Source: Eledone cirrhosa (taxonomy: Eukaryota). Taken from it: a stretch of DNA of 64,000 nucleotides. Below the pieces are notes generated by a model, which saw only the letters and a list, made by a program, of their open reading frames with translations, did no database searches and had not been told where the DNA came from. The first letter of the stretch is position 1. Each line of letters begins with the position of its first letter. The translations under genes and the position numbers were made by a program. Of this stretch, positions 59,878 through 64,000 are shown one piece after another. The stretch lies in the NCBI GenBank assembly GCA_964016885.1, contig OZ024740.1, positions 347,696,001 to 347,760,000 of the forward strand, written 5' to 3'.

Positions 59878-60149
59878 TAATAGAGGCTGGATTCTTATAG
59901 AATTCCAGTGATAATCAGGAACTGATTATACTGAGCGATTGCCGGTCCAGCAAAAATTGAAAATTAGGATTGGTGCTCTAACTGAAGTGGAGCAGTATCT
60001 ATATCTAAACTATCGCTGCTTTCACACTTAACGGGATCTTCTGAAACTAAAAGAATCAATCTATGAACGCAGATGTAAATATTTCGAAAAACGTTACAGA
60101 CTATATATATATATATATATATACACACACTATACACACACACACCGCG

Positions 60150-60476
60150 TCATAATATCGTAATGCAGACAGCCAGACATACAGACAGATATTATAAGGG
60201 CGCAACGTTATATCTATGTATCTATCTAAAAAGAGGAAGACTAAGAATTATAGTGAGAGATTGCTAAATCGCCTAATGCGGTCCCTAAGGCATTGAAAAT
60301 TTGAAATTTGTTTTTCTCAAAACACTCACAAGACCATAATTATTACATGTGTAAAGTTTGAAAACAATCGGTTGGGTGGTTCTCGAGTTTTAGTGAACTG
60401 ACAGACAGACAGACATGTTCTGTTTTAGATATATAGACTAGCAGAAAGCCACCCGGTGGGTGGTTTTCTGCTAGTC
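60150..60476 (-). mobile_element. Helitron 5' fragment plus adjacent CTAG-bounded palindrome
   Basis: Homologous to 13420-13700. The minus strand starts TCTATATATCTAAAACAGAACATGTCTGTCTG. Palindrome CTAGCAGAAAGCCACCC-GGT-GGGTGGTTTTCTGCTAG. Confidence 0.6.
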
Positions 60477-61495
60477 GATATATATTTAACACACACACAA
60501 ACACATAAACACAAACACAGACACACACACACATACATATATATATATACACCCATGTTCTTATTTTGAGATGCATTATTCTCAAATCAGATTATTATCT
60601 CTGACAGGAAGAACCAGTTTATAATTTTTAAGAAAAATTAAGTATACAGACATATTTTAGGAAACTTATGAATTCCTGTACACACACACAAACACTTACA
60701 CAGATACACACAGACACACACGCATACAGACACATACGCTAACACACATACCATACACACACACATACATACGCACATATGCACACACGCTAACACACAC
60801 ATACACACGCACATACACACTTAAACCTATATATATGTATATATAGAGAGAGACACACATAATATACATATATAATATATATGTATAATATATATATATA
60901 TATTATATATATATATATTATATATACACACACACACATATATAACACACACACGCACACACATACACACACACATACACACACACATATAATACACACA
61001 CACACGCATACACACACATATAACACACAGACACACACACGCATACACACACATATAACACACACACACATATATATATATATTATATGCTCAGCCCCAG
61101 TGAGTTGGTTAAAACACCAAAAGCCAGTCTTAAAGTTGTCGTCTGTAAATTCAAAGAACTCGGCTGTGTCTGGCTAGAACTCCATGGTAACTACTCCAAG
61201 GTCGCGCGTGCCATGGCTGGGAACGCAGGTCTCACGTGCTGGCCTAGAACGCTGGTTGTTGGAATCAGTGGTCGACGACATAACATATATATTATATGTG
61301 TGTGGAATAGTATAAATATTTCTTCGTATTTACTAACATATATATATTATATATTATATATACATACATTATATATATATTATTAATATATTACATACGT
61401 ACATTTATATATATATATATATTTATTAAAATAAAAGATTAAAGTTTAAGCAAAGAATCGCTGCTTTCACCCTTAACGGGATCTTCTGAAACTAA

Positions 61496-61532
<37 letters not shown>

Positions 61533-61574
61533 CTGGTGATTTCTCAAGAATGAAACAGTTTTAGTCTATATATA

Positions 61575-61605
61575 TATCACACACACAGAAATGTATATAT
61601 ATTTC

Positions 61606-61636
<31 letters not shown>

Positions 61637-61810
61637 TACACACACAGAAATGTATATATATTTCTGTGTGTATATATATATATATATTACACACACAGAA
61701 ATGTATATATATTTCTGTGTGTATATATATATATTACACACACAGAAATGTATATATATTTCTGTGTGTGTATATATATATTACACACACAGAAATGTAT
61801 ATATATTTCT
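61575..61810. repeat. Minisatellite of ~45-bp self-complementary units (5 copies)
   Basis: Unit CACACAGAAAT-GTATATAT-ATTTCTGTGTG + (TA)n. Confidence 0.85.
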
Positions 61811-61930
61811 TAGAACAAAATTATTATTAATGTTTTGCTGTTCATAACAATTGGAATTGAAAAATTACTTTTGAAATTATTAGTTATTTTACTAATGCTT
61901 AGATATGTAAAAATGAAGCAATGTTTCTAA

Positions 61931-62112
61931 TAATTGTTTCTACTTTTGGCACAAGGCCAGCAATTAACCAGTACATTACTGGTACTTTATTTTATCGACC
62001 ACGTGAGGATGAAAGGCAAAGTTAACCTCGGCGGTATTTGAACTCAGACCGTAAAGGGACGTAACTCCATGCTATGAAGCATGGTGTCCGACTCTCTACA
62101 GATTCTGCCAAT
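61931..62112 (-). mobile_element. tRNA-derived SINE
   Basis: Family consensus on the minus strand. Confidence 0.85.
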
Positions 62113-62119
62113 CCACCGC

Positions 62120-62569
62120 CCTAATGTCTGTACGTAATGAGGGAGTGAGAGGGGAGAGAAAGAAAGGCAGAGGTGAAGTGACGAAGTGACTCTCTCCTCC
62201 TCCTCCTCTTCCTCCATCTCCCCATTCGTCACAGCGATAGAGGGGAAGAGTGTTAGTGTGTTACAAAGAGAAAGAGTGAGAGTGAGAGAAACAGACAGAC
62301 TAAAAGAGAGGGATAGCTGGAGAGAGAGAGAGATAGCAACCACGTGCGCACGTGTTTCCACTGTCGGACAGACAGACAGAGAAATTGGTGGTTATATATT
62401 ATAAGGAGATATATATAATTATATATTCGTGTACAGATATTTTTGCATACACAATAACAAAATATAAACAAACGTATTTATTTCACGAGGCTCGATAAGG
62501 ATAAATATATATATCAAATATATAAGAACCCTAGAGCAAATCCCGAGCAACGCCGGGCCATTCTGCTAG
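62120..62569. mobile_element. Helitron termini (5' end on minus strand at ~62410; 3' hairpin + CTAG on plus strand at ~62540-62569)
   Basis: TCTCCTTATAATATATAA...CTGTCTGTCTG on the minus strand. CCCGAGCAACGCCGGG...CTAG|T on the plus strand. Confidence 0.5.
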
Positions 62570-62686
62570 TATAATAATAATTCAATTGCGCAACACCTTA
62601 TTTACTGCGCTAATCGTAGTTACCACATTTAGTATCAGCTGCTGAACTTAAAGCCAGTAAAACTAGCACAGCTTCCGTCCTCGATT

Positions 62687-62758
<72 letters not shown>

Positions 62759-63196
62759 CTATCTCTCTCTCTCAACCACACACACACACATTCACGCGCA
62801 CACACTCTTCTTTTTCTCCCTATTTCACTCTGTCTCTCCCTCCCTCTCCTCATTTCACTCACTCTCTCTTTTTCTCTCCCGCTTCCTTTCTATCTTATTG
62901 CCCCTCTCTCACTTTCAGTGTTCTAGCTATACGGCTATATATCTATCTACCTATCTATATGTCAATCTACATATTTGTCTGCAGATATACACTTTAAATG
63001 ACACAAATAAAGAAATGCGCACGTAAACCTCACCACCCATTGTAAACATTAACTTTTTACACTAACATATTCGAGATAACAAATCATGCCATCTTAAAAA
63101 CGGAAAGGCACAGTAGATAATCTTCTCCTAGATACACTGTCTGAATAAAATGTAGGATTGTCATAGCTATAACTTCGTTTCCATCCAAATCCCGTT

Positions 63197-63406
63197 TTAA
63201 ACCTTTAGCATTTACATTACTCTATATTAACCATTGTATTTTGGGGGTAAAAGGTTTCACAATATCGAATCTATGAAATTTTGATATCATTTATTTTGAG
63301 AACAATACCTTAATGTCAGTATGAGTGGCCAGTTACAGCCAGTTTGAACAGAAAGAGGAAAGAAAATTCTGGCCGGATATGGCCGGTTTAAATGCTAAAG
63401 GATTAA
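63197..63406. mobile_element. piggyBac-type MITE
   Basis: TTAA-ACCTTTAGCATTTA ... TAAATGCTAAAGGA-TTAA terminal inverted repeats with TTAA target. Confidence 0.6.
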
Positions 63407-64000
63407 CCAGATAATGACGGGTACATCGAATATTGTAGCCGTTGGTCTACAAAAAGGCTTTCACAGCTGAAATAAGTTTGATCATATAACTGCTGGAATC
63501 AGGGCATACCTCGATTAAAACAACGTTGACAATAACATCAACGATAACAACAGTATATATATCAACAGTTTGACATAAACAACATCAACGAAAATATCAA
63601 CAACAACGCCAAAACCCACATTACCAGCGGAAACAACTGGTTATAAATGTTGTTAATGCTTTTTGTTATGTCTTCAAATATGCTGGATTGTTAACAAAAA
63701 AAACTTACCCTTATTGAGAACGTCTAACAATATTATCTGTTTTGCATGTAAATGGACGAATAGATCACGTTCTTTGTATTTGGAAATTAAATGTGTGACG
63801 TATTTTCTAACGTTCGGAGAACACCAATCAAATGTTGATGACTAAATACTATTTTTATGTTTACAAATACATTAGCTCATATATATTCTATTTTACGAAG
63901 TTCACATTTGTATAAATAACATTACAAGCTCACAATTCTTTCACACTGAAAATATAAACACATATAACAAATACAATTAACCATTGCTAGGAACTTCACA

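Overview
AT-rich, microsatellite-saturated animal genomic DNA. The tRNA-derived SINE family and repeat landscape suggest an octopus or other cephalopod (inference). Nearly all ORFs in the supplied track are microsatellite or transposon artefacts. The real genes, missed by the track, are two small 3-exon secreted Kazal-type protease-inhibitor genes on the + strand: gene 1 join(12245..12281,15363..15495,18248..18299), 73 aa, P1=Ala; gene 2 join(30314..30350,36386..36509,37969..38017), 69 aa, P1=Phe. Each lies in one unit of a ~20-kb tandem duplication (junctions at 833/834 and 20726/20727, last unit ending at 41024), and the tail of a further unit opens the window. The two mature peptides differ only by amino-acid-changing substitutions, a toxin-like pattern of accelerated evolution. 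The remainder is R4/Dong-like LINEs and short elements stacked in (ATAC)n tracts, Penelope-like elements (PLEs) with inverted 5' ends, Helitrons, SINEs and MITEs. At least four distinct hammerhead ribozyme families with palindromic stem III are present, two with greatly extended stem II. One is in sense orientation inside a fold-back in intron 2 of Kazal gene 1.
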